The translations under genes were made by a program, and so were the position numbers. This document shows, in pieces, positions 1 through 10,149 of a DNA stretch of 20,000 bases. The notes under the pieces are model-generated. The model worked only from the letters and a program-made list of their open reading frames with translations. It searched no databases and was not told the DNA's origin. How positions within the stretch are numbered: the stretch's first letter is position 1; each line of letters begins with the position of its first letter. The stretch is from Chiloscyllium plagiosum (Eukaryota): assembly GCF_004010195.1 (NCBI RefSeq), contig NC_057720.1, positions 19,010,861 through 19,030,860 on the forward strand. Direction: 5' to 3'.

Positions 1-124
1 TACCATTTTTAATGGATTATATATTTCCTCATTCTTGCTAATTCAGCTCTCGGGCCGAAACAATCCCAAACTAATGTGAATTCATTTACTCTGTATCAGA
101 ACTTATAATTGCAGAAATAATATT

Positions 125-345
125 AATTCACCTATATCCCACATTCTTAAGTAAGGAGACCAAACTACACATACTGTGTTCAGCCTGTGCAGCTACTTGT
201 ATTTTCTATTTTTCTGTTCTTTAAAGGTCAACATTCCATTTGCTTTCCAATTACTTACTGGACCTGCATGTAAGCTTTTTGTGCATTTTGTACTAGGACA
301 CTGTGATCCCACTGCACTGCAGAATTCTGCAGTTTCTTTCCAGTT
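125..345 (-). mobile_element. Old CR1-type LINE ORF2 3' fragment
   Basis: AGTAAGGAGACCAAACTACACATAC...AAGGTCAACATTCCATTTGCTTTCC...ACCTGCATG resembles the reverse complement of the post-RT region of the + strand CR1 copies in this window; heavily decayed. Confidence 0.55.
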
Positions 346-484
346 AAATAATATTGTTTTAATTCTTCGTGTGATTTTCTCTTTGTGGATGCTGAGTGTA
401 CATGTAGAGAGTTGTGTACACATGCAGTACAGAGTACCAAGAGTTATAGGGCAATTTGATGGTTTAAAATACAATCACTTTTAC

Positions 485-552
485 CTGGCATATTTCAATT
501 GAGAATCAACTGTAGCCAACTGTACGATGCACGTAAGAATTACTAATTTCAT
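485..552 (-). CDS. Candidate signal-peptide-coding exon (MKLVILTCIVQLATVDSQLKYA, phase 2) of an unidentified divergent gene
   Basis: Minus strand reads ...ctaat...gttaacag|GTTC ATG AAA TTA GTA ATT CTT ACG TGC ATC GTA CAG TTG GCT ACA GTT GAT TCT CAA TTG AAA TAT GCC AG|gtaaaa (exon 556-485, 72 nt). Only one of three frames is open and it has K followed by a hydrophobic run. The polypyrimidine tract is weak and no homology was recognised. Confidence 0.3.
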
Positions 553-2365
553 GAACCTGTTAACATCATTATGATAGTATTGAGAGCAGAATAGATTAGG
601 CCCACTTTGAGATTTTTTTTGCTCAAAATTGTGGAGGAACTTTTTTGACAATAAAAACAAACACAGTGCATCCCTCTCACCACCTCCATTTTCACAAATC
701 TACTCACTTGAAAACTTGGTGATAGACTCCCTGTTATTTGAGTAAGTCCAAGCAGTAAATGTCTTCATTGGTCATGATCAATTGCACAGAAGTCAAAAAG
801 TATGATCCAAGATTGGGTGGTCATCTGCAAAACTGGTTGTTCAAGTTGACATTGTTGGAGCTCGGGGAAACTTCTGTGGCTGCATGTCTCTGGTCTTCCA
901 CCGGTCACATTTGAATGATGTGAGTTCAGTGTAGGTAGTTCTCAAAGCATGTTGAATTTAAAACCAAATGTGTAACAATGGAATCATGAGTTTTTCAGTT
1001 GTCTTCTGTGTACTTGCACTGTGGAAAAACAGCATTGCAGTATTCAGAAAATGCTGCTGAAGTACCACATAAGTAACAGGATCAGCCTCTCTGATTTTTG
1101 CCAATTGAGGTTTATGCATTAATAATAATGACTTCAGTGAGGAATCAAATACATTAAATGTTAAGCATGTGAATAAATTAAAAGGTGAAATACAAAGTAC
1201 TGTACTTCAGGAGTATTAATGAACAAGAACAAAACGTACATTGCAGAAGAGAAATTGCAAACAATTCAAAATCGGGGCCATATGTTTTAATTCAAAATTT
1301 GCCTGTTATATTCAATATTGCTGCACTATCCTTTTAGCATTATAAATACATAAAATTAAAAAATACCATTCAAAATTTCATTTATAAGAGTAAATGTTTC
1401 TTATCCTAAAACAACATGTAACCCTTGCTTGTTTTCAGAAGCTAGATATGTTCTAATATGCTTAGTAATCTTAGATGTTAGGTTTATAAAACAAAATACT
1501 GTAAACACAGTGAGTAGAGGCTTCTTTTCAAATATTGGAAACAGCCTTTGACGGAAGTATGCTTTCATTTTGTTTTTATTATAAACAATAAGTACTAGCC
1601 ACTCCAAAACAAGGAAATCATGTAGATTCCAGTATCTGCAGTAATTTGCTCCTAAAAGTTGTGGATTGTTAGTTGCTATTCTAGTGTTAGTAAAACTATT
1701 TGTGACCAATTCCTGTGAGACAAACTGAAAATGACGAAGCCTGCATCAAAATAATTGTATTCATTTTAAATATTAAAACAATAATTAATAGGTTTTCTCT
1801 ACAATTTTCCACAACAGGGAGACAAGATTCCCATCTAGTAAAATACTGATGTTGCTGCCTGGGATTTTTTAAAGCAACTTTACGCGAAGGAGAGATAGTG
1901 TTTTGCACATAGAGCTTGTGGAGAGGCCAACACTGAACGGCTCTGCAGAGATTTTTTTAAAATCTGGATTTCAGATGTTCTTTTGTTTTGTTTCAGCTAA
2001 GTGTTTCATATTTTAAAGTTTTTTTTGTTTTTATCGTTTGTATGATTGAGATTGAAATCTGTGGGTAAGGAAGGGTACTAGTTTATTTTATACATAAGGT
2101 GAGAGTGAGAGCTTTTTAGGCTTAATGTCACTGAGGCCATTCAAGAGACAGTGTGAACTCTGGTAGATTGAGAACAGTGATTTCACAACAAGATCAGTCA
2201 GTTAGATGGGTGACTGTCAGGAAAGGTAAGGTGGTTTAGAAGTCCTTTGTGGCTATTCTCTCTCCAAACAGATAATGGTATGAGTACTGTTGAAGGGGAT
2301 AGGCGCTCAGATTAAAATAGAAGCAGCAGTCAGATCTTGAGCACTAAGAAAGAATATTATGTTCA

Positions 2366-2880
2366 GTGGTGTTTGTCAATTGTTATGGGGGACACTCTTG
2401 TTGGGGCACAGAAAGGAAATTCTGTGGCACTGAGCATAAATCTACGATAGTATGTTGCTTTTCTGGTGCCGTGGTTAATGACATCTCAAACCAGTTGAAG
2501 CATATTGTCAAATGGGAGGGTGAAAAGCCAGAAGTTATTGTACATATTGGTAGGGTGACATAGTTAAGGAAAGGGTTAAGGCTTTTATAGAGTAAATATT
2601 AGTGTTTCAACAGAAGGTTTAAAAACAGGTTTAAAAACAGAACCTCAGAAGTAGTAATCTCTGGTTTACTCTTGGTGCTACGTTCTAATGTGGGAAGGAA
2701 TAAAAGGATAGAGCAGATAAATCAGCAGCAGAACAGGTGGTGCAATATGCAGGGATTCAGATTCTTGGATCATTGGGATCTCTTCTGGGGGAGTAAAGAC
2801 CTGTTCAAAATGGATGGGTTTGACCTGAACCAGAAAAGGGCCAAGGTTCTAGTAGGGAGATTTGCTACTTTTATTTCAGG
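2366..2880 (+). pseudogene. CR1 ORF1 SGNH/GDSL esterase domain remnant
   Basis: ORF track 2366..2563 and 2672..2989 carry degenerate SGNH blocks: GD(T/S) at ~2388 out of frame, VIVHIG for VHxGTND, and DGFDLN for DGLHLN. This is typical of CR1/L2 ORF1p esterases. Confidence 0.8.
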
Positions 2881-3172
2881 AGTCTGCGAACCATTTTTAC
2901 AGGGGTGGAAGGGTGCGCTCCTAAGTAGCAGTGAAAATAGAAAGATAGGTGGGTACGGTTCTGAATCAGAAAAGGGGTATTATAAGTAAGGCTGATGAAC
3001 TCAGGGCATGTATCGGAAGATGGGACTGTGACATCATAGCTATTATTGAAACTTAGCTGGGAAGGACAGGACTGGCAGCTCAATATTCTGTGGTTTTGAT
3101 ATGATGGGAAGGATAGAATGGGAGGACAGGGAGTGGTGTTTTTAGTTAAGGAAAACATCACAACTGTAATTA

Positions 3173-3395
3173 ATTTAAAATCTCACAACCACCAGGTTAT
3201 AGTCCAAAAGGTTTATTTGGAAGCATAAGCTTTCAGAGGGCTGCTCCTTCAGGTGGTTGTGATGAACAACCTGATGAAGGAGTGGCACTCTGAAAGTAAG
3301 TGCTTCCAAATGAACCTGTTGGATGATAACCTGGTGTTGTGTGATTTTTAACTTTGTCCACTCTAGTCCAATACTGGCAACTCCAAGTCATGGTT
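3173..3395. mobile_element. Fold-back PLE-derived short element (family B) with two decayed hammerhead motifs
   Basis: 10-bp TSD ACTGTAATTA (3163-3172 and 3396-3405). Inverted arms ~3175-3258 and ~3267-3351 plus an unpaired ~44-nt 3' tail. CTGATGA at 3271-3277 and GAAA at 3292-3295. Confidence 0.85.
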
Positions 3396-3650
3396 ACTGT
3401 AATTAGGATATTTCTGAGAGATTGTCCAGTGACAATATATGGGTTGAAATTAGAAATAAGAAAGACATGATCACCTTGATGAGATTGTATTCTAAACCCT
3501 ACAGTAGTCAGACATTAAGGAGCAAATATGTTGACAGATGTCAGATATAAGTACAAATGATAGGGTTATAATAATATAATAAAATTTTCTTTATCAATGT
3601 GTAAATGTTCCTACCAGAGAAGGAACAAACTTGACTTTCTGGGAATAAGG

Positions 3651-4015
3651 AGGAGAAAGTGAGGACTGCAGATGCTGGAGATCAGAGCTGAAAATGTGTT
3701 GCTGGAAAACGCAGCAGGTCAGGCAGCATCCAAGGAACAGGAGAATCGACGTTTCGGGCATAAGCCCTTCTTCAGGAATGAGGAAAGTGTGTCCAGCAGG
3801 CTAAGATAAAAGGTAGGGAGGAGGGACTTAGGGGAGGGGCGTTGGAAATGCGATAGGTGGAAGGAGGTCAAGGTGAGGGTGATAGGCCAGAGTGGGGTGG
3901 GGGCGGAGAGGTCAGGAAGAAGATTGCAGGTTAGGAAGGCAGTGCTGAGTTTGAGGGATTTGACTGAGACAAGGTGGGGGGAGGGGAAATGAGGAAACTG
4001 GAGAAATCTGAGTCA
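3651..4015 (-). mobile_element. 5'-truncated Penelope-like element 3' end (family A) nested in CR1
   Basis: 8-bp TSD GAATAAGG (3643-3650 and 4016-4023). The minus strand begins with a DFSSFLISPPPTLSQ-like ORF end, followed by a C-rich 3' region, a hammerhead motif and a GATGCTGCCTGACCTGCTG tail shared with the copies at 5490 and 15055. Confidence 0.85.
3744..3779 (-). ncRNA. Minimal type I hammerhead ribozyme motif (family A, intact core)
   Basis: Minus strand ATTC-CTGAAGA-A-GGGC-TTAT-GCCC-GAA-ACGT-C^GATT: CUGANGA and GAAA core, 4-bp stem II, palindromic ACGU stem III, GUC cleavage triplet, short imperfect stem I. Confidence 0.75.
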
Positions 4016-5489
4016 GAATAAGGCAAGGCAAGTGACCTAAGTGTTAGTAGGGGAACACTTTGGGACTAGTGATCATAATTCTACTAGTTTTAAAATAGTT
4101 ATGGAAAAGAATAAGGTTTTCATAAAGAAAATTAAAAGTTAAACTGGAGTAAGGCAAATTTCAATGTATGAGACAAGAACTTTCAAAAGTTGTTTGGAGT
4201 AGACTGCTTGCAAGTAAAGCAATGAATGACGAGAGTTCAGAGGTATTATCTTTCTATCAGAGTGAAGGGTAAGTGTAAAGAACAATGGATGAATAAAGAT
4301 TTTCATGTTCTCGTCAAGATTTTAAAAAATTAGAGAAAGACATCTGGGAACCAATGAATCTCTTGAAGAGCATAAAGAGTGTAGGAGAATTCCTAAGAAG
4401 AAAATCAGGAAGGCAAAGAGGGGATATGAAAGAGCCTTGGTAGATAAGAAAAGTCCAAAGAGATTTTACAAGTAGATTACAAGTAGAAAGACAGTATGGC
4501 CCCTTAAAGGTCAATAAGGTTGCCTTTGTGTTGAACCTCAGGAGATGAGAGAGAAATGAATATTTTGCATCAGTTTTTACTGTGGAGGAAGAAATGGAGG
4601 CCAGAGAACTCAGGGAAATAATGATGTTTTGAAAACAGTTCACATTACAGAAGAGGAAATTCAGGAGGCCTTAGAAAACATAAAGGTGGATAAATCTCTG
4701 GGACCTGGTCATGTCTATCCTAGGGTGTTGGGGGAATTTAGGGAGGCAACTACAGGGTCCTTAGCAGAAATATTTGTATCATCTATAACTACAAGCGAAC
4801 TGCCGGATGACTAGAGGTTGACTAATGTTGTGCCTTTTTTAAATAAAGGCTGTAAGGTGATACCTGGGAACTATAGACCTATGTCTAAAATCGGTGGTGG
4901 GCAAACTGTTGGAAGTGATCCTGAAAGGTAGGATTTTCCTGCATTTGGAGAGGCAAGAAATTATTAGGGATAGTCAGCATGGATTTGTGCAAGGGAAATC
5001 GTATCTCCAAACTTGATTGAGTTTTTTGAGGAAGTAGCCAATAAGATTGAGGACAGAGCAGTAGATGTTGTTTACTTGGAATTTAGTAAAGACATTGACA
5101 AGGTAGACTAATTACTGAAGTTAGATCACATGGGATTCAGGGTGACCTTGCCAATTAGATACAAAATTAGCTTGACAGTACGAGTCAGAGGATGTAGTGG
5201 ACAGGTTTTGTTTGGACTGGAGCCCTGTGACCAGCAGTGCTCCACAGGGATCAGTACTAGGTCCACTAATGTTCATAATTTGTATAAACTATTTGGATGA
5301 GAAAATAGGGGACGTGGTTAGTAAATTTGCAGATAACCTTCTTCACTGTCCACTATACCAATTTTGATGTTATCTAAGATAACAGAGATCTTGATCAGTT
5401 AGGTCAACGGGCTGAGAAGTGGCAGATGAAGCTTAATCTGGATAAATGTGAGGTATTGCGTTTTGGTACAACAAACAAGGGCAGAACTT

Positions 5490-5561
5490 GATGAAGTGCT
5501 TATGCCCGAAATGTTGATGCTGCCTGACCTGCTATGCTTTTTAAGCACCCCACTTTTGACT
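5490..5561 (+). mobile_element. 72-bp family A PLE tail with decayed hammerhead, nested in CR1
   Basis: TTGATGAAGTGCTTATGCCCGAAATGTTGATGCTGCCTGACCTGCT interrupts the CR1 reading ...AAGGGCAG(G)ACTTATACA. Imperfect TSD AGAACTT (5483-5489) / AGGACTT (5562-5568). Confidence 0.75.
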
Positions 5562-6505
5562 AGGACTTATACAATTAATGGTGGGGCCAAGAGTAGTGTT
5601 GTAGAACAGAGAAGCCTCGGAGTTCAGGTACATAAGTCTTTGAAGTTTGCATCATTGGTACTCAGTGTGGTTAAGAAGGCATTCCACGTGCTTACTTTCA
5701 TTGCTCGGACCTTTGAGTAGGAATTGGGACGTCATGTTGAGGTTGTACAGGATGTTGGTGAGACCTCTTCTGGAGTACTGTATGCAGTTCTCATCCTGCT
5801 GTAGGAAGGATCTTAGTAAGCTGGAGAGGGTTCAGAAAAGATTTACCAGGATTTACCTGGGAATGGAGGGTTTGAGTTATAAAAATAGGGCTTTCACTAG
5901 AATGTAGGAGATTGAGGGGAGACCATAAAGAAGTTTATAAAATCATGAGGGGCATAGATGAATAACAAAAGGTCTTTTCCTCAAGGTAGGGGAATTCAAA
6001 ACTTGGGGGCACATTTTTAAGGTGAGAGGAGAAAGATTTAAAAAGGACATGAGGGGCAACTTTTTTCCACAGACAGTGGTTAGTGTGTGGAATGAACTGA
6101 CAGAGGAAGTGATAGACAGAACATTTTAAAAGAAATTTGGATAAGCACATAAATAGGAAAGGTTTGGAGGGATATGGACCAACTACAGGCACATAGGGCT
6201 AATTTAGATTGGGAACATGGTTGGCATGGTCTAGTTGGATTAAAAGATCAGTTTCCATGCTGTATGTAACTTCTCCTTTCATGTTGAATATGAAGATTTG
6301 TAACATTGTAATCAAATAACCTCGTTACCCATGGAAATCATGATCAACTTAAGATGAAAGTACTTTAGTAAAGAACACATCTCACTCTATACCTGCTCCC
6401 AATCCCTGCTTGACTTTAAGTCAAAAGGACTGAATATCTGGAAGAAGGTAACACATAACAAACTTTTTAATTTTACTTAAGCTTGCTAATTGAGAACACG
6501 CAGCC

Positions 6506-6601
6506 AAAACAACAAAGTTTGGGATCACTGCAGGTTAGGCAGCATCCATGGAGAGGCAGCAAGCTAACGTTTTGCGCCTAGATGACTCTGGATCAGAGCT
6601 G
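6506..6601 (-). mobile_element. PLE-tail fragment (family C) with decayed hammerhead
   Basis: Minus strand GCT-CTGATCC-A-GAGTCATCTAGGCGC-AAA-ACGT-T-AGC...ATGGATGCTGCCTAACCTGC has the same layout and the same GATGCTGCCT tail as family A; the core is mutated. Confidence 0.6.
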
Positions 6602-6800
6602 ACCCCTCTCACAACCCCCTTTTTTCTGGGACACAGGACTGTTAAGGTGTCGCTTCGATCTCTCGCCAAGACCTTGTGTTCATTTTGCCTCCAATTTCCA
6701 TCCCTCTATAATTTTCACCATCGTCCATTTCGGGCAGTTTCCTTCCTTTCCTTGATCTCAGTCTCCATTCCCGGGAATAAACTATCCCCTAAAACTACCC

Positions 6801-6918
6801 TGATGCAGGTGTTGGACTGGGGTGTACAAAGTTAAAAATCACACAGCATCAGGTTGTAGTCCAACAGGTTTATTTGGAAGCACTAGCTTTCGAAGCGCTG
6901 CTCCTTCATCAGGTGGTT
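6801..6918 (-). mobile_element. Single family B PLE-derived short element
   Basis: Reverse complement of the right arm plus tail of 3267-3390, and near-identical to 14213-14300. Confidence 0.85.
6881..6915 (-). ncRNA. Minimal type I hammerhead ribozyme motif (family B, intact core)
   Basis: Minus strand CAC-CTGATGA-A-GGAGC-AGC-GCTTC-GAA-AGCT-A^GTG: stem I CAC/GTG, 5-bp stem II with one G-U pair, palindromic AGCU stem III, CUA triplet. Confidence 0.78.
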
Positions 6919-7969
6919 CTGGATATGCCGATGTAATGTAGAGTGGTTTTAAAATAAATAACCTGTATTAATCTTCAAAGCAATCTGTTTCAGTGTTATT
7001 GCATTTATGATGTTTTGGATGTAATCCCAAGAGGGTTACAACATATAGAAATGGTTTCGCTTGTGCAATTGTCCCTCTCTTGTGGAGTGAGGTAACTGCT
7101 ATCTGTGTGCAATCACACATATGGCGCCAGGTTTTCCACCTACCCAGTATTTATCATTTTTGAATCGGCTTATTACTCCTCCGTATGATTTTACTCTATC
7201 AAACTATCCAGGGCTTAATCGTTGCATTTAATTTCTCCAGTCCCGCACCTAATCACATACGTTTCTCTTTGTTCATTCCCTCTTACCTTTTCCTTTTAAT
7301 TAAATAGCTAGAACATTAGGATTTTTTCGCTGTTCTGATGAAAGGTCATCATTCTCTTTTCGTTCTCCACTGATGCTGCCTGGCCTCCTGAGCACTTTTG
7401 CAGTTAATCGCGAACCTGTTTTGAAACAACAGTGAGGGGATAAGTAGTGACAGGTCTGCAACGTATTTTGTTGCATTATGCCGTCTTGTACAACACGGCA
7501 ATCTGCGTAAGAACAAAGACTCATTTAACATAACGTGCTCCTGCAAATTAAAGAAAACTGGCGCTTTTCTTTCATGCAGAGCTGGGCGAAAAATGCAAAG
7601 AGACTGGGGTTTTTTGTTTTGTGTGTGTGATTGCAACAGCCAACCCCCCCCCATCCCTGCCCTGCCCGTCTGAATCACTGTGTGCAGAGTAAATGAGCGT
7701 TGGTAACCCAGCCCTGGGTGTGAATCAGTCAGTGCCTCCTGCGGCTCAGTTGGGGAGGGATCGATCGCGGGCGAGCGTCTCCGTCTCCAACCTGAGTCCT
7801 CCAGCATCCCGGCTTCCACCGCGTTCTCCTGGAGAGAAGGACGAGGAGCGAGGAGACAGTTGCCGCTGAAGCTGAAGGGGGCGGCTTTGAAAAAGAACAA
7901 CACACTCACACACAGACTTAGGGAGGGAAAGCGAGACGAAGTCGGGATAAAAGGAACGAGCCGGCAACC

Positions 7970-7993
7970 ATGCATTGGGGGACGGAGCTCTGG
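7970..7993 (+). CDS. First coding exon of an F-BAR protein of the FNBP1 (FBP17)/FNBP1L (Toca-1)/TRIP10 (CIP4) family; paralogue not resolvable from 8 aa
   Basis: GCAACC ATG CAT TGG GGG ACG GAG CTC TGG|GTAAGT gives MHWGTELW, with Kozak A at -3 and a perfect phase-0 donor at 7994. It matches the family N-terminus M(S/D)WGTELW-DQF, which is encoded by a 24-nt first coding exon. Too short for the ORF track. Confidence 0.93.
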
Positions 7994-8361
7994 GTAAGTG
8001 AGGAATTTTATTTTCTCTCTCTTTTGTTTGTGATGATGTTGATTGTTTTTTTTTGTTGTCACGCGAGGGGGTGACGGTTGGCGGGGGCTGGACGATGGCC
8101 GGCTTCCCCCCCCTCACGTCAGGATCCACACCGAGCCGACAGCCCCGGGATTCCGGGGAAGCCTACGCCGCCCCCCCCCCCGAAGTTTGATTTTTTTTTC
8201 TCTCCAAACCGCTCCGGTTGGCGAGGGGAGGGGAGGGTGGGGTGTTGGGGAAGGTGCATTTGTTGTGTGTGTGTTTCCTTCTCGGGCAGCTCGGTCCTGT
8301 GCCATTTTATTATTGTAAAGCGCCGCTCACACCTGCGAGGAAAGTTGGGCAGTCTTTTTAT

Positions 8362-8650
8362 TGTCTGTCTGTCTGTCTCTCTCTCTTCACCCTCTCGCCA
8401 CCTCCACAACAGGGGATCTCCTCGATCATTTTGTGGTAGTTTTTGTTTAAGGCGGTGGATTCGGTTAGCAGCCAGTCCTCTTTTTTTAAAAAAAATAATT
8501 ATTGTGTCGGGTGTTTGTTACTGGCAGGAGGAGCCCTCCTTTGCTGTTGGAACAATGCACTCGGTACGTGGCTCTGGGAGAGGGAGAGATCTGCGTGTCT
8601 GTCAGCTCTCCCCTCTCTCTGTGGGTGTGTGTGTTTCTCTCTCTCTCTCT
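8362..8650. repeat. Short (CTGT)n/(CT)n/(GT)n microsatellites in proximal intron 1
   Basis: TGTCTGTCTGTCTGTCTCTCTCTC at ~8362-8385; GTGTGTGTG TTT CTCTCTCTCTCTCTC at ~8625-8651. Confidence 0.8.
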
Positions 8651-9753
8651 CATCATCGAATGTAATTTGGAGATTTGAGTGAGTGACAGAAAGATCCAGA
8701 CCAGTTTGAGGGATTTCTGTCACTGCTATTCTCCTTTTCCCACCCCGCCCTCCCCCCTCAGCAGTACATGTTTGTGGAAAGACTCCATAACGCGCTCACA
8801 AAGCAATACCTGTACGTTTTACCTGCACGGCACGTCTTTTTAATGGATTCCCTTGAACTCCATTTGATTTGCAGCTTCCAAAACGGTCACTTGTTCGATC
8901 AGGTTATGTGTGTTGTGTTATATTCGTATAAATAAACACTGAAATGGCAGAGCCACTTGATATTTATATATCCCACGACTTTTCTCTCAGCAAGTGTCTT
9001 AATTGTGAAAATTTTGCATCGTACCTCTCAACCGTGTTGTTACGAGCGACTGTCTATTTTCTCTATTGGCCGTAACGTAGGGACTGTGGCCGTTTAACTA
9101 CTTTTCATAAGTTCTAGTACAGCAAATGAACAAATCACTTGTGCTTCCTGACATAAGCTCAAAATATTTATTTCTCTTGATTTTCATTGTAAACCTGATA
9201 TAGTGGATGTTGACAAACCCGCTAATTTTAAAATGTCTGCCCCTCCACGTCCTCAAAATATTCTACACTTTGGAAGCCAGAACGATTTCAGGAAGTTGGT
9301 ACAGGGTGTTTAAAATGCAGTTTAAAGTGTCGAAGCACGGTATGTCCGAATAGGGAAGAAACCTGCGTAAGGGAACTGAGACCCCATTATTCTAAGTGAA
9401 AGAGGTGAACATTTCATTTGCTTTCTTCGGACGTGCCGTACATTAATGTAGAATAGGCACTGCATCCGAGAGAACATAAGTACTAAAGGAAATATGGTTG
9501 AACGTATCTAAATTGCTCCGGGAAGGAGACCCATAAACTAAAACAAACAATCTATGTTGATATTGAAGATAAATTAGAATATAGACTGAAGGATTGCCCA
9601 ATTCGAAAAGTGTTAAATAAGTTAAAAACAGCATTCAACGACTGATTTAATTTTTTTGGATAAGCTTGAGTTGATGAGCAGAATTTGAATTCTATGTATA
9701 AATATAAATGCTGATGAATATTTCTAATCTAACTGGTTTGTATTGCATTAACA

Positions 9754-9883
9754 TTCCAAAGAATAGACATAGCAGACTTGAAATGTGAGTACTTTGTTCT
9801 CAGACCATTGCTGCCAGATGTGCTGAATTTCTTTAGTATTTTGTTTATTTTATATCTCCAGCATTCGTTGTACTTTGCTTTTA
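9754..9883 (+). mobile_element. Old, highly decayed PLE tail (family C-like)
   Basis: TTCCAAAGAATAGACATAGCAGACTTGAAATGTG...TGCTGCCAGATGTGCTG...CTCCAGCATTCG has the same order of motifs as the minus strand of 3651-3779 and 6506-6601. Confidence 0.5.
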
Positions 9884-10149
9884 TCTTACTTTAATCTTGT
9901 TTCATATTTAAGGTGAATTTACTAAGACTATAATTAAAAATTAAAATCAAGCCTAGAGAGAAAATGATTTACTTTCACTTTGTAGTGAATCGTGATTTAA
10001 TCTGTGCAGTTAAGCTGCAGTTTACGTGTTACATCTTTTTCTTTTAACACATCAGTCTATTTGCAGCAGTGGAATCTACCTGATTGATCAGGAATGGACA
10101 TGTCATGTGAGATGTACATCAAAAGTAGAACAAAACTAATCTGGGCATT

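Larger units (their letters stand above)
2100..6266 (+). mobile_element. Near full-length decayed CR1-type LINE (ORF1 esterase, ORF2 endonuclease/RT), interrupted by three PLE-derived insertions
   Basis: ORF1 remnants (WVTVRKGK; CCFSGA..V.DIS...EKPEVIVHIG; GFRFLDHWDLFWG...DGFDLN). ORF2 remnants (KVDKSLGPGHVYPRVL; KFAD at ~5323-5334; LYRMLVRPLLEYCMQF; LERVQKRFTR). CR1-like 3' UTR ending GTTTCCATGCTGTA near 6251-6264. Many stops and frameshifts; the 5' boundary is approximate. Confidence 0.92.
7540..8900. promoter_or_regulatory. GC/CpG-rich promoter island around exon 1
   Basis: Sharp local rise in GC and CpG against AT-rich, CpG-depleted flanks, with no interspersed repeats. GC boxes (GGGGCGG ~7878, CCCCGCCC ~8743) and a CRE/E-box-like TCACGTCA at ~8114. 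It surrounds the first coding exon; the TSS cannot be determined. Confidence 0.8.

Noticed and set aside
1401..1709. 102-aa minus-strand ORF following a good splice acceptor at 1713
   Set aside because: No recognisable homology, AT-rich composition and no convincing donor; kept only as weak context for the 485-556 candidate.
2617..2640. Short tandem duplications in CR1 (GGTTTAAAAACA x2 here; TTACAAGTAGA x2 near 4466-4487)
   Set aside because: Ordinary slippage mutations in a dead LINE.
3173..3395. Inverted repeats as CRISPR repeats, rho-independent terminators or DNA-transposon TIRs
   Set aside because: Eukaryotic context, no repeat-spacer periodicity, asymmetric arms with a tail, variable TSD lengths (7-12 bp), and unpaired single copies elsewhere.
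7349..8062. 237-aa minus-strand ORF (and overlapping 7746..8129, 8078..8665) across the promoter
   Set aside because: No recognisable domain; low-complexity translation of microsatellites and homopolymers. Long ORFs are expected by chance in a GC-rich island.
8699..8710. GAC CAG TTT GAG (DQFE), resembling the start of F-BAR exon 2
   Set aside because: No AG acceptor immediately before GAC, and the following residues (GFLSLL) do not match xLxxHTQWG.
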